A DNA stretch of 20,000 bases from an uncultured virus (IMG/VR IMGVR_UViG_3300014656_005142) (Duplodnaviria > Heunggongvirae > Uroviricota > Caudoviricetes): IMG/VR virus record IMGVR_UViG_3300014656_005142; one strand, 5' to 3'. Positions 1 through 8,425 of the stretch are shown here, piece after piece. Positions within the stretch are counted from its first letter, which is position 1, and each line of letters begins with the position of its first letter. The notes beneath the pieces were generated by a model. It worked only from the letters and a program-made list of their open reading frames with translations, was not told where the DNA came from and ran no database searches. The position numbers were made by a program, and so were the translations under genes.

Positions 1-2
1 TA

Positions 3-170
3 AACAGTTTATCGATTTCTTCATTGTCCAAAGTGAGAGTGTCTACAAGATTAGCAAAATATATCTTGATAAATTATGATACTATAATGGTTAGTGGAAA
101 ATTATATTCTACTCAAGTTAGAAATATTGGAGCAGGAGTTAAAGAATTATTTTTAAAGGAGGTAGAATAG
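3..170 (+). CDS. 3' end of a small hypothetical phage protein (partial)
   Basis: Frame 3 is open from the window edge (NSLSISS...RNIGAGVKELFLKEVE) to TAG 168-170, abutting the next GTG start at 171. Confidence 0.55.
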   Translation, partial: NSLSISSLSKVRVSTRLAKYILINYDTIMVSGKLYSTQVRNIGAGVKELFLKEVE

Positions 171-761
171 GTGGCTCTTCCTAAATTAATAGATGAAATT
201 GATATAATGGAGAAGTGGATTCCTAAAATAGAAAAGCATCCTTGTTTTCTTTATAATTTTAAAGCAATGGGGATTACTCGTACTCAATTTGCAAATCTCA
301 TAATTGGCAAAAAGGCCATGTTATTTGAAAAGCCTTTAGAAGAAGAACTCAGAGCTAAAAAATGTCCTTGGTGTGATTTTAACGAAAGGGGAGGCCGAAA
401 AATGTTCAGCAATAGAGATGGCAAACCTTTCAAAACTGTTCCTTTATCTCATCATGTTATGTCTCATGATAAAAATTTCGTAAGCGTTCAGGCGTTAAAA
501 TTCCAGAAAGAACTTTATGTCTATAGATTACAGCTTGTAAGAGACGGATATCATGGGGCCATGCCTTTTCTTGTAGAACATGAATGCAATTTCTGCATCT
601 CTCCCGAGGCCAAAGGAAGAAAAAATAAATGTGCGTTACCCCAATCCTCAAGAAACAAGATGAGAAGTTTAAAAGTTCTAGGATATCCTCTAGAAGAAAT
701 CACTAAGTATAGAACTCATAAATGGTCTTTATTAGGAATCATTGTTCTTAGGAAATATTAA
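171..761 (+). CDS. Cys-rich putative metal-binding protein, DUF2284-like
   Basis: GTG start with AAGGAGG SD just upstream. CPWC plus a C-terminal CNFC...CALP...R..M..L..LG...LLGIIVL pattern recalls DUF2284 (CxxC..C.xP..RPSmea.G...gLvLv). Confidence 0.5.
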   Translation: MALPKLIDEIDIMEKWIPKIEKHPCFLYNFKAMGITRTQFANLIIGKKAMLFEKPLEEELRAKKCPWCDFNERGGRKMFSNRDGKPFKTVPLSHHVMSHDKNFVSVQALKFQKELYVYRLQLVRDGYHGAMPFLVEHECNFCISPEAKGRKNKCALPQSSRNKMRSLKVLGYPLEEITKYRTHKWSLLGIIVLRKY

Positions 762-811
762 AAAAGAATATTATATATAGTTAAAGTTAAAACAATATAG
801 GAGGATAAAAT

Positions 812-1060
812 GTGGATGTGAATAAGATCTTAACTGACGAAGAAGTCTATAAGAGTTTTCTTTACAAGAGAATTGTTTTAGGATCTTTTGTTGCTTTTTT
901 TTCTGGAGTGTTTACAAGTATGGGAGTTTATTTAGTTTCAGATAACCGAATTATATTTGGAATAGTTTTGTTTGTAGTTTCTCTTGTTTTATTATTTGCT
1001 TCTATTGCTTGGGGAGCATATAAGCTTTTTGAAGAAGAGAAAGAAGAAGAAGGAGAGTAA
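812..1060 (+). CDS. small membrane protein with two predicted TM helices
   Basis: AGGAGGA SD at ~799-805. Hydrophobic stretches IVLGSFVAFFSGVFTSMGVYLV and IIFGIVLFVVSLVLLFASIAWGA; acidic tail. Confidence 0.65.
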   Translation: MDVNKILTDEEVYKSFLYKRIVLGSFVAFFSGVFTSMGVYLVSDNRIIFGIVLFVVSLVLLFASIAWGAYKLFEEEKEEEGE

Positions 1061-1061
1061 A

Positions 1062-1301
1062 ATGAATTCTAGAAATATCAGCATTGAAGAAAATTATATA
1101 AGACTGATTCCCACTGTTGGTCCTAATTTCATCAAACTTCAAGTGGAAATAAGTGATTGGGGAAGATTTGTTGCTGAATTGAATAAAATTAGAGATGGAG
1201 GGAAGATTCACCTTAGAGATAATTCTAATGATAAGATGATTGTTCTGCTAGAAATAAATAATAACATAATGGGAACTAGGAGGTTAGCAGATGAGGGATG
1301 A
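1062..1301 (+). CDS. hypothetical protein (79 aa; start revised from 984 to ATG 1062)
   Basis: AGGAG SD and TAAAATG junction at the stop of the previous gene; overlaps the next start. Confidence 0.6.
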   Translation: MNSRNISIEENYIRLIPTVGPNFIKLQVEISDWGRFVAELNKIRDGGKIHLRDNSNDKMIVLLEINNNIMGTRRLADEG

Positions 1302-2439
1302 TTTTTTATCAGTAGTTTGCGATGGAATAGGAGATTGTTACAAAGATCTTACTCGGTCTGTCTATGACGAAGGAGATATTGTTGTTTCTAGAGGGCTAGA
1401 GACTAAAGAGATAAGACCTTTTGTTTTAATCCTAAATAAGCCGCAAGAAAGATTTCTTATGTGTCCTGGCAGGAAAGCTAATATCTTTTTCCAGGTTTTA
1501 GAGAGCATATGGATTTTAGGAGGAAGAGGAGATCTTGAATTTATCTCATACTATCTTAAGAATATGCAAGCATATGCAGATAATAAAGAAGAATTTCACG
1601 CTCCATATGGAATTCGAATGAGACATGTTGGAAAACATAGAGAAATGTATTATGATAGTTACGGGTTTCATGATCAATTAAAACATTGTTATGAATATTT
1701 GAAAAAAGATCCTGATACAAGACATGCAGTTATGTCTTTTTGGGATCCCGTTTTCGATAATTATCAAGTGAAAACAAATGACAGACCGTGCAATATCGCA
1801 TTTCATCTTCTTATTCGGGATGGAAAGTTGGATTTTACAATTTTCAACAGAAGTAACGATCTTCACTGGGGATTGGCAAATACTAATGTTGTTCAATTCT
1901 CCGTGATTCTCGAAGCAATGGGAATGTTACTTTCTATTCCAGTAGGAAATCAGATTCATATATCGAATTCTTTACATTATTATACGGATAGTCTTCTCAC
2001 TAAAAGTGTTTTAGATGCAGAATATGAATTTAATCCATATGAGCATATTGAGCCTCTCCCTTTTGAAATGGAATTCAAAACAGAAGATAGATTAGCGGAT
2101 CTAGATGAAGAGTTAGAGTTATTTTTTAAGTTAGAAGATAAAATAAGAAAAGGAACTGATGAAGAATCTGATATCGATCTTTCTTTTAATTTTTTACAAA
2201 TTGCTCTCATTTTATCTAGATCTTTTAAAGCTTATAAAGAAGAAAATTATAGAAAGGCTTACAGTTATATAGAAAGAATTGAAGCAGATGATATATTTGT
2301 TTCAGCAACAGAGTTTTTAGTTCGTAAGATTACAGAAGATCTTTTGAGAGATGAGATTTCTGTAACTGTTAAAGCAAGATTTCAGAAATTATTAGATGAA
2401 GAAATTAAACAAATAATTCATTTCATATTTAATCATTGA
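1291..2439 (+). CDS. thymidylate synthase superfamily enzyme, probable dUMP hydroxymethylase
   Basis: Motifs SRG, YGIR, DPDTRHAV, catalytic DRPCN (Cys codon 1789), NRSNDLHWGLANTN and SLHYY. RSNDxxWG and the long C-terminal extension fit phage pyrimidine hydroxymethylases rather than ThyA. Asn, not Asp, lies at the base-specificity position. Confidence 0.8.
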   Translation: MRDDFLSVVCDGIGDCYKDLTRSVYDEGDIVVSRGLETKEIRPFVLILNKPQERFLMCPGRKANIFFQVLESIWILGGRGDLEFISYYLKNMQAYADNKEEFHAPYGIRMRHVGKHREMYYDSYGFHDQLKHCYEYLKKDPDTRHAVMSFWDPVFDNYQVKTNDRPCNIAFHLLIRDGKLDFTIFNRSNDLHWGLANTNVVQFSVILEAMGMLLSIPVGNQIHISNSLHYYTDSLLTKSVLDAEYEFNPYEHIEPLPFEMEFKTEDRLADLDEELELFFKLEDKIRKGTDEESDIDLSFNFLQIALILSRSFKAYKEENYRKAYSYIERIEADDIFVSATEFLVRKITEDLLRDEISVTVKARFQKLLDEEIKQIIHFIFNH

Positions 2440-2458
2440 AAATGAAGGAATATTATAT

Positions 2459-5400
2459 ATGAACCCACCTCCCCTGCACGTTCACGATCATTTTTCAACT
2501 CTCGACGGAGTTCCTTCTCCTGAATCTTATCTTGAATTATGTGATGAGCTAGAAATCCCTGCTATAGCTTTTACCAATCACGGCAATTTATCTAGTCATG
2601 CTCAGGCTTCTATAGAATCTAAAAAATATAAAACCAAAGTCATTCTTGGAATAGAAGCTTATGTTTCTAGAAGCATAAAAGAAATTAATCTTTTAAGAAA
2701 TAAAACAGATGAAGAAAGTAAGAATAAGCTTAAAAAACAAAGAGGAACATATCATATTATCTTACTTGCCAAAAATAAAGAAGGCTATCAGAATCTCATT
2801 AGACTTAATAATGAATCTTGGACAAAAGGGTTTTATTATCGTAATAGGATTGACTTTGGACTCATCAAAAAATATTCTTCTGGATTAATTTCATTGTCTG
2901 CTTGTTCCTCCGGAGTAATAAGTAAACTTTTATTGCAAGATAGAGACAAGGCTGCTGAAAAAGTTGCAACGTATTTTAGAGACACATTTGGAGAAGATTT
3001 CTATTTAGAACTACAGCTTATAGATTATGAACCTCAGAATGTTGCAAACAGTAAACTAATTCCATTGGGAAAAAAACTTGATATTCCTTTTGTTCTCACA
3101 AATGACGTACATTTTTTAAGAAGGGGAGATGACAGGCTACAATCTGTACTCATCCAGTTAGCCACAAAGGGAAAGTTTGAGATGAAGGCTAAAGAGCTTT
3201 ATTTAAAAACTCTTTCTGATTATGAAGAAAATTTTAAGAACCAAAGTATTATTCCCAGAGATATTTTTGTAGAATCCATTGATAATACTTTCAAAATAGC
3301 TGATAAATGTAACTATCAAGTAGAAACCGGCAACTTATATTTTCCTGAATTTAATCATAAAGAACATTTTTTATATAACAAATTTCCATTAGAAGATAAG
3401 AAAGAATTCTTTAAAAAGATAGTTCTTTATAGAGCTAAAAGAATACTGGGGAATAAGTTCAGTGATGAAGTTTATAGAAAGAGAATCAAGAGTGAATATA
3501 ATACTATTTCTTCTTTGGGAGGAATTGATTACTTTCTAATAGTCGATGATCTACTTCATTTTATTAGAGAAAATAAAGCCTTTACTGTTATAAGAGGATC
3601 TGCTAATGGAAGTCTTATTGCTTTCATATTAGAGTTCGGGCTTATAGATCCCATTAAACATAATATAATGTTTGAAAGATTTATAAGCAAACATAGAAGT
3701 CTTAATGATATTGATATAGACATAGATGTAAGATCTGAGTTTAGACAAAAAGCTATAGATTATCTTAAGAATAAATATGGAAATGATAGAGTTCTATCTA
3801 TAGGAACTTATAATAGAATGCAGCTTAAAGGAGCAATTAAAGACATAACGAGAGTGTTCAAGGAGAGGCTTGATGAAAAAATAGCTAAAACTAAAGATGA
3901 AGCGAAAGCTGAACGCCTTGCAGAGAAACAATCTGAATATCTCTTTCCTGTTATCAATAGAGTCACTTCTATTATGGAAGGAGACTTAGATGTAGAAACT
4001 GCTAGAAGAAATCATGAAATTTTTAACAAGTGGTACGAAAGAAATAGCAAGTTGATGCAGAGATATATAGAGCCGGTAATAGGAAATATCAAAAACGTAT
4101 CTCTTCATCCCGCTGGAATAGTTATTATTCCTGAGAAGGCTGATAATCTTCTTCCCATAAGAACTCAGGCTCATCCTCATGATCCTAAGAAAAGAGTTAT
4201 TGCTACAGCTTGGGAAAATTCTCATACGGGTAGAGAAGATTTAAATGAAATAGGAGTTATGGTATTAGATATTTTAGGAGTTAAAACTTTATCTGTTGTT
4301 TCTGAAGTGATAAGTCTGGTAAAGAAAACTCGAGGGATCGATATAGATATTTCTAAAATATCTCTTGAAGATAAAAAGACTTTAGATATGTTTAATAGGA
4401 AAGAATTGATAGGAGTGTTTCAGTTTTCAGGAGGAGCAGCTTCTCAGATAGTTGATATAACAAATATAACAGAGTTTAATGATCTTATAGTTATTAATGC
4501 CTTAGCCAGACCAGGAGCTCTAGGAGCTAAAGCGGAACAGGATTTTGCAGAAAGAAAGAAAAATCCTAAACTTGTCAGGTATGATCATCATTCTCTTAAA
4601 GATATTCTAGGAGATTCTTTGGGGGTATTAGTATTCTCAGAACATATTTTAAGAACAGCTTCAGAATTTGCAGGAATGCCTCTTAAAGAAGCAGATACTC
4701 TTAGGAAAATTATTAAAAGTAAGAGTCCAGAAGTTTTTAAAAAGTATAGATCTATTTTTATTAAAGGGGCTATGAAGAAATGGAAAAAAGATAAGAACAT
4801 TAAAGAGATAGCTAAAAATATATGGAATAAATTTTCTAAAGCAGGGAGTTATTTATTCCCCAGGGGACATGCTGCGAGTTATGCTCTCCTTGGGTATATA
4901 TGTCAATATCTTAAAGTTCATTATCCTATAGAATTTTTTACATGTCATTTAAGATATGCTGAGCAGAAGAAATATGGAAAGATCAGAGATGTTGCTCAGT
5001 CAGTGCATGGAATTAAGTTTAAAATGCCCACTATACTTACCCCTTGTTTAAAGTTTGAGACTAGTGTAGACCACATTAGATGGCCTCTGACCGGCCTTAA
5101 AAGCGTGGGTAGTAAAGCTGTTGGTAGCATAGTTGCAAATGTTCCTTATTCTTCTTTTGAAGATTTTTATAACAAGGTAGATAAAAGAGTTTGTAATAAG
5201 AGAGTCGTGACTAATTTAATTATAGCTGGTGTATTTTCAGAATTTGGAAATAAGAGAGCTATAATGGGTAAATATATAGAACTCAGGAAAGATAAAAATA
5301 AAGATCTTCCTATTGCCTTTTCTTCTAAGAATTTATTAGCTGCTGAAATGGAAAATATTTATGGATTTGAATTAGAATCTATAGAAAAGATGTATCGTGA

Positions 5401-5749
5401 ACAACTAAAGCCGTATAGGAAATTATTAACCAGCAGTAAGGAATTCTTTGAAGCTGATGCTGGAGATCAAATTGTTCTTTTTGGAAGGGTTGAAAAAATT
5501 AATCCCATAGTCACTAAGAAGGGAGATAAGATGGCGTTTTGTAGTCTTAAGGGGATTGAAGATATATATAATATCACTTTATTTCCTAAGACTTATGAAT
5601 TTGCTAAAGATTATTTCAAGAAAAATAATGTACTAGTCATATCTGGCAAAAAAAATATTTACAATAGCGAACATTCTCTTATATTAGAGGTTTCTGATAG
5701 AGGAAAAGTGATTGGATTCAAGGATAAAAATTGGGCGATAAAACTATAG
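2459..5749 (+). CDS. dnaE: DNA polymerase III alpha subunit (family C)
   Basis: PHP domain (LHVH..S.LDG, TNHGN, GIEAY, HIILLAKN, LSAC, TNDVH); RGSANGS; FERF; DIDIDID palm; HPAG; LDILG; GVFQF; ARPG; HhH (LKSVG); C-terminal OB fold (TKKGDKMAF). Confidence 0.96.
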   Translation: MNPPPLHVHDHFSTLDGVPSPESYLELCDELEIPAIAFTNHGNLSSHAQASIESKKYKTKVILGIEAYVSRSIKEINLLRNKTDEESKNKLKKQRGTYHIILLAKNKEGYQNLIRLNNESWTKGFYYRNRIDFGLIKKYSSGLISLSACSSGVISKLLLQDRDKAAEKVATYFRDTFGEDFYLELQLIDYEPQNVANSKLIPLGKKLDIPFVLTNDVHFLRRGDDRLQSVLIQLATKGKFEMKAKELYLKTLSDYEENFKNQSIIPRDIFVESIDNTFKIADKCNYQVETGNLYFPEFNHKEHFLYNKFPLEDKKEFFKKIVLYRAKRILGNKFSDEVYRKRIKSEYNTISSLGGIDYFLIVDDLLHFIRENKAFTVIRGSANGSLIAFILEFGLIDPIKHNIMFERFISKHRSLNDIDIDIDVRSEFRQKAIDYLKNKYGNDRVLSIGTYNRMQLKGAIKDITRVFKERLDEKIAKTKDEAKAERLAEKQSEYLFPVINRVTSIMEGDLDVETARRNHEIFNKWYERNSKLMQRYIEPVIGNIKNVSLHPAGIVIIPEKADNLLPIRTQAHPHDPKKRVIATAWENSHTGREDLNEIGVMVLDILGVKTLSVVSEVISLVKKTRGIDIDISKISLEDKKTLDMFNRKELIGVFQFSGGAASQIVDITNITEFNDLIVINALARPGALGAKAEQDFAERKKNPKLVRYDHHSLKDILGDSLGVLVFSEHILRTASEFAGMPLKEADTLRKIIKSKSPEVFKKYRSIFIKGAMKKWKKDKNIKEIAKNIWNKFSKAGSYLFPRGHAASYALLGYICQYLKVHYPIEFFTCHLRYAEQKKYGKIRDVAQSVHGIKFKMPTILTPCLKFETSVDHIRWPLTGLKSVGSKAVGSIVANVPYSSFEDFYNKVDKRVCNKRVVTNLIIAGVFSEFGNKRAIMGKYIELRKDKNKDLPIAFSSKNLLAAEMENIYGFELESIEKMYREQLKPYRKLLTSSKEFFEADAGDQIVLFGRVEKINPIVTKKGDKMAFCSLKGIEDIYNITLFPKTYEFAKDYFKKNNVLVISGKKNIYNSEHSLILEVSDRGKVIGFKDKNWAIKL

Positions 5750-5919
5750 CTTTTCTATTTGTAGCTGTTAAAGCTTTAAGAGAAATTCATGATACTCAGG
5801 GCAGAGTGTGTCCGGTATATGAAATATGTGAACAAAAATCTTGTAAGGGCAGCTATGAATCTTGGATTATTGCAGATAAGGCTTTGAAAGAACTAGAATT
5901 ACTGGTAAAAGAGAAATAA
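5731..5919 (+). CDS. small hypothetical protein with three Cys
   Basis: TTG start after AAGGA; fills the gap between dnaE and the next gene; CPVYEICEQKSC. Confidence 0.5.
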   Translation: MGDKTIAFLFVAVKALREIHDTQGRVCPVYEICEQKSCKGSYESWIIADKALKELELLVKEK

Positions 5920-5925
5920 CGGAAT

Positions 5926-6621
5926 ATGGATATTTTTAAAAATAAATTAGTTGATGATATTTCAGACTTTCATCCCACTGAAAGAAAAAAGAATTGGAGT
6001 TTCGAAGTATTATCTCATTTTGGAGAAGTTGGGGCGATAATAAAATCTGTAATAATGGGAGTTTCTTTTACCAGCCTTACAGAAGAAGTATATGGATTTA
6101 ATTCTATAAGATCTGGATTGATAAAAGAGTTTACTGATCTTAGTTATGATTCTTTTATGAATATTCTCAATCATTATTCTGGATATTATAATGTGTTCAT
6201 TAAAGAATTTATTGAAAGTGTTTTAAAAAAATCTTTTATCAAAAGAGACTACAGAAAACTTTTAGAAATTAATAATACTTTAAATAGAGAGTATATAAAA
6301 ATTATTCATGAAAAGAATAATAGATATGATTCTAATGCTTTGCAGATTTTGGGATTTTTTCCTAAAGATAATAGGTGGAAAGATTTTGGATATTTTCCTA
6401 GAGATCTTTCTTCTTTTATTTTTACAGAATTTGGTTTACAAAATTCTTTATTAATAGGATTTGAGAAAAAAGGGGAGAGAAATCTTATTTTAACAATCTT
6501 GTGTAACAAGAATGGATTTGCAAATAAAATAATAGAAGATAAATTTGTTGAAAATAAGAAAGAATTTGAGTTTCTAGATCTTAGAAAGTTAAGAGAAAAA
6601 TTATCTGTGCAAGGGGGGTGA
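5926..6621 (+). CDS. divergent HIRAN-domain protein with internal insertion
   Basis: KSVIMGVSF...IKIIHEKNNRYDSNALQI...FGYFPRDLSSFI aligns by eye to the HIRAN consensus (i.Gv.f, L.REP.N.yD.NAi.V, iGYvPr..a) and to the downstream gene. Confidence 0.65.
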   Translation: MDIFKNKLVDDISDFHPTERKKNWSFEVLSHFGEVGAIIKSVIMGVSFTSLTEEVYGFNSIRSGLIKEFTDLSYDSFMNILNHYSGYYNVFIKEFIESVLKKSFIKRDYRKLLEINNTLNREYIKIIHEKNNRYDSNALQILGFFPKDNRWKDFGYFPRDLSSFIFTEFGLQNSLLIGFEKKGERNLILTILCNKNGFANKIIEDKFVENKKEFEFLDLRKLREKLSVQGG

Positions 6622-6968
6622 TTAATATTATCACTAAAATAGTCGGGGTGACGTTTAGAAATTTGGAATACAATATTAATAGGCAGGATATAATTAAACA
6701 ATTATCTGGAAAAGAAAAAGTTTCTCTTAGAAGAGAACCAAAGAATAGATTTGATACTAATGCTGTGGCTGTATATGTAGATCTTAGTAGTAAGAAATAT
6801 AAAATAGGATATCTAAAAGCTGAACTTGCAGGAATAGTTGCAGAAATGTGGAAAGACTATAGATTCGTTTCCAGCATTTCTGAAATAAGAATGGGAGATG
6901 AGGAAAAGAATATTTCTTGGGGAATTTCTCTTGAAATTAAAAAGGCTAGATTAAGAAAATATGAATAA
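6618..6968 (+). CDS. HIRAN domain protein
   Basis: TKIVGVTFRN...VSLRREPKNRFDTNAVAV...KIGYLKAELA is a canonical HIRAN signature; GTGA overlap with the upstream gene. Confidence 0.9.
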   Translation: MINIITKIVGVTFRNLEYNINRQDIIKQLSGKEKVSLRREPKNRFDTNAVAVYVDLSSKKYKIGYLKAELAGIVAEMWKDYRFVSSISEIRMGDEEKNISWGISLEIKKARLRKYE

Positions 6969-6982
6969 AAGGATTCAATATT

Positions 6983-7357
6983 ATGCCTATTTATAATTAT
7001 GAATGTAAGAGTTGTGGATATTCTTTTGAAAGAATAGAAAAGATCACTTCTCTTTCTTGGAAAGAAGTTTCTAAAATTAGAATAAGATGTCCTAGGTGTA
7101 ATCAGAAGAAATCTAAAAGAATTGTAGAATCTTTTAAAGTGGGATCTAAGATTTTAGAAACTAGAAATAAATCTGGCTATCAAACAGATGAACTCACTTT
7201 GGGGAAGATGATAGATGAAGGAGGAGTTCCTTATGAATATAAAGAAGATCTTAGAAAAAGAAGAGAAATAATTACACGGCAAAATGAATATAATAAGGGC
7301 CTTTTAGAAAGAGCTAGAAAATATAAATTTGATCCTTTTAGTGAAGATGAATCTTAG
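6983..7357 (+). CDS. FmdB-family zinc ribbon protein with C-terminal extension
   Basis: MPIYNYECKSCGYSFE...CPRC signature. Confidence 0.85.
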   Translation: MPIYNYECKSCGYSFERIEKITSLSWKEVSKIRIRCPRCNQKKSKRIVESFKVGSKILETRNKSGYQTDELTLGKMIDEGGVPYEYKEDLRKRREIITRQNEYNKGLLERARKYKFDPFSEDES

Positions 7358-7775
7358 ATATATAGAAATAGAAGATAAAGTGAAGGAAGCAGGATTTAGA
7401 AATTTTGCTTCTTTCTATTTTACTTACTATTATAATAAAGATTCTAAAACAACTCTTAAAGGGAGTGCTAGAATTTTAGGAGTTTCTGAATATAAATTAA
7501 GAACTTCTGTTTTGGAAAGAAACTGGCCTATTAAAAGCAGATCAACTTGTTCCAGAACGAAACATAGAAAAAGAAGATTGTATATATGGGAAAAGGTAAA
7601 GATGAATACTCCTTTTATTTTTCCTTGGTGCGCTATTAATTATTATTATAATAGATGTCTGCTTACAACTTATGAGGTAGGAAAAGTAATAGGAATAAGT
7701 CAATTTTCTGTAATAAAACTTATGAACAAATATAAAATGGATAGGAGGAAGCAGGGATCTTATGAAAAAAGATAA
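7347..7775 (+). CDS. DNA-binding protein with two tandem HTH-like repeats (start revised to ATG 7347)
   Basis: Internal duplication: EDKVK..F..YYYN..TLKGSARILGVSEYKL and WEKVK..F..YYYN..TTYEVGKVIGISQFSV. Confidence 0.65.
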   Translation: MNLRYIEIEDKVKEAGFRNFASFYFTYYYNKDSKTTLKGSARILGVSEYKLRTSVLERNWPIKSRSTCSRTKHRKRRLYIWEKVKMNTPFIFPWCAINYYYNRCLLTTYEVGKVIGISQFSVIKLMNKYKMDRRKQGSYEKR

Positions 7776-8394
7776 TGAAATATTAGATTTTCTTAGAAGA
7801 GCTAGAAGGTTGAGTTATATAGAAAGATGTAGTAATACTATTCATATAAAACCTTATAGTGTCGCAGAGCATTCTTTCTATATAGCTTTATATACTATGA
7901 TATTTGCAGATTTAGAGAATGAAAGAATTGGTGAAGAGATTTATGATGTAGGAAGTATAAGTAATTCCTCAAGTAATATTAAAAAGACATATGATGTTTT
8001 TGAAGCTGTAAGAAAAGCTTTAGTTCATGATCTTGAAGAGAGTGAGACAGGAGATATTCTATATCCTATGAGGAATATGGATTCAGATCTTAGAGATAAA
8101 ATTAATGAGGTTAGAGATATTTGTGTAAACAAGGTAGTCTTTTCTGAATTACCTGTAAATGTAAGAAATTATTATATTAGGTTATGGTCGACATCGAAAG
8201 ATGATAGTAAAGAAGGAATATTAGTAGCGGCTATGGATAAATTCGAGATTCTGATGTTTGCAATAGATGAATTAGATATTGGAAACAAGGCTTTTTTAAA
8301 GATGTATAAAGATGTTAAGGAAATATTATTCCAATTTACTATCCCTTCTTTACTGTCTGTGTTAGATAAAATAGAATCAATTTATGGAAAATGA
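7762..8394 (+). CDS. HD-domain 5'-deoxynucleotidase / dNTPase, YfbR/DatZ-like
   Basis: LSYIER, SVAEHSF, ALVHDLEESETGDI and EG..V..MDKFE match the YfbR-type HD motifs. Confidence 0.88.
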   Translation: MKKDNEILDFLRRARRLSYIERCSNTIHIKPYSVAEHSFYIALYTMIFADLENERIGEEIYDVGSISNSSSNIKKTYDVFEAVRKALVHDLEESETGDILYPMRNMDSDLRDKINEVRDICVNKVVFSELPVNVRNYYIRLWSTSKDDSKEGILVAAMDKFEILMFAIDELDIGNKAFLKMYKDVKEILFQFTIPSLLSVLDKIESIYGK

Positions 8395-8425
8395 TTCTAA
8401 ATTTAAAAGAAAGGAGGTGAATCTT

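Noticed and set aside
810..821. Mini-ORF ATG TGG ATG TGA sharing the SD of the 812 gene
   Set aside because: It could affect initiation, but three codons give no evidence of function.
812..1060. Holin
   Set aside because: Two TM helices alone are insufficient; the tail is acidic and no lysis genes are nearby.
1291..2439. T4-type dCMP hydroxymethylase or ordinary ThyA
   Set aside because: There is no Asp in the specificity segment, and it has PCN/RSND rather than PCH/QRSxD. Not fully excluded without a phylogeny.
7762..8394. Z-genome (2-aminoadenine) system via DatZ
   Set aside because: No purZ or mazZ in the window, and the neighbouring enzyme points to pyrimidine modification.
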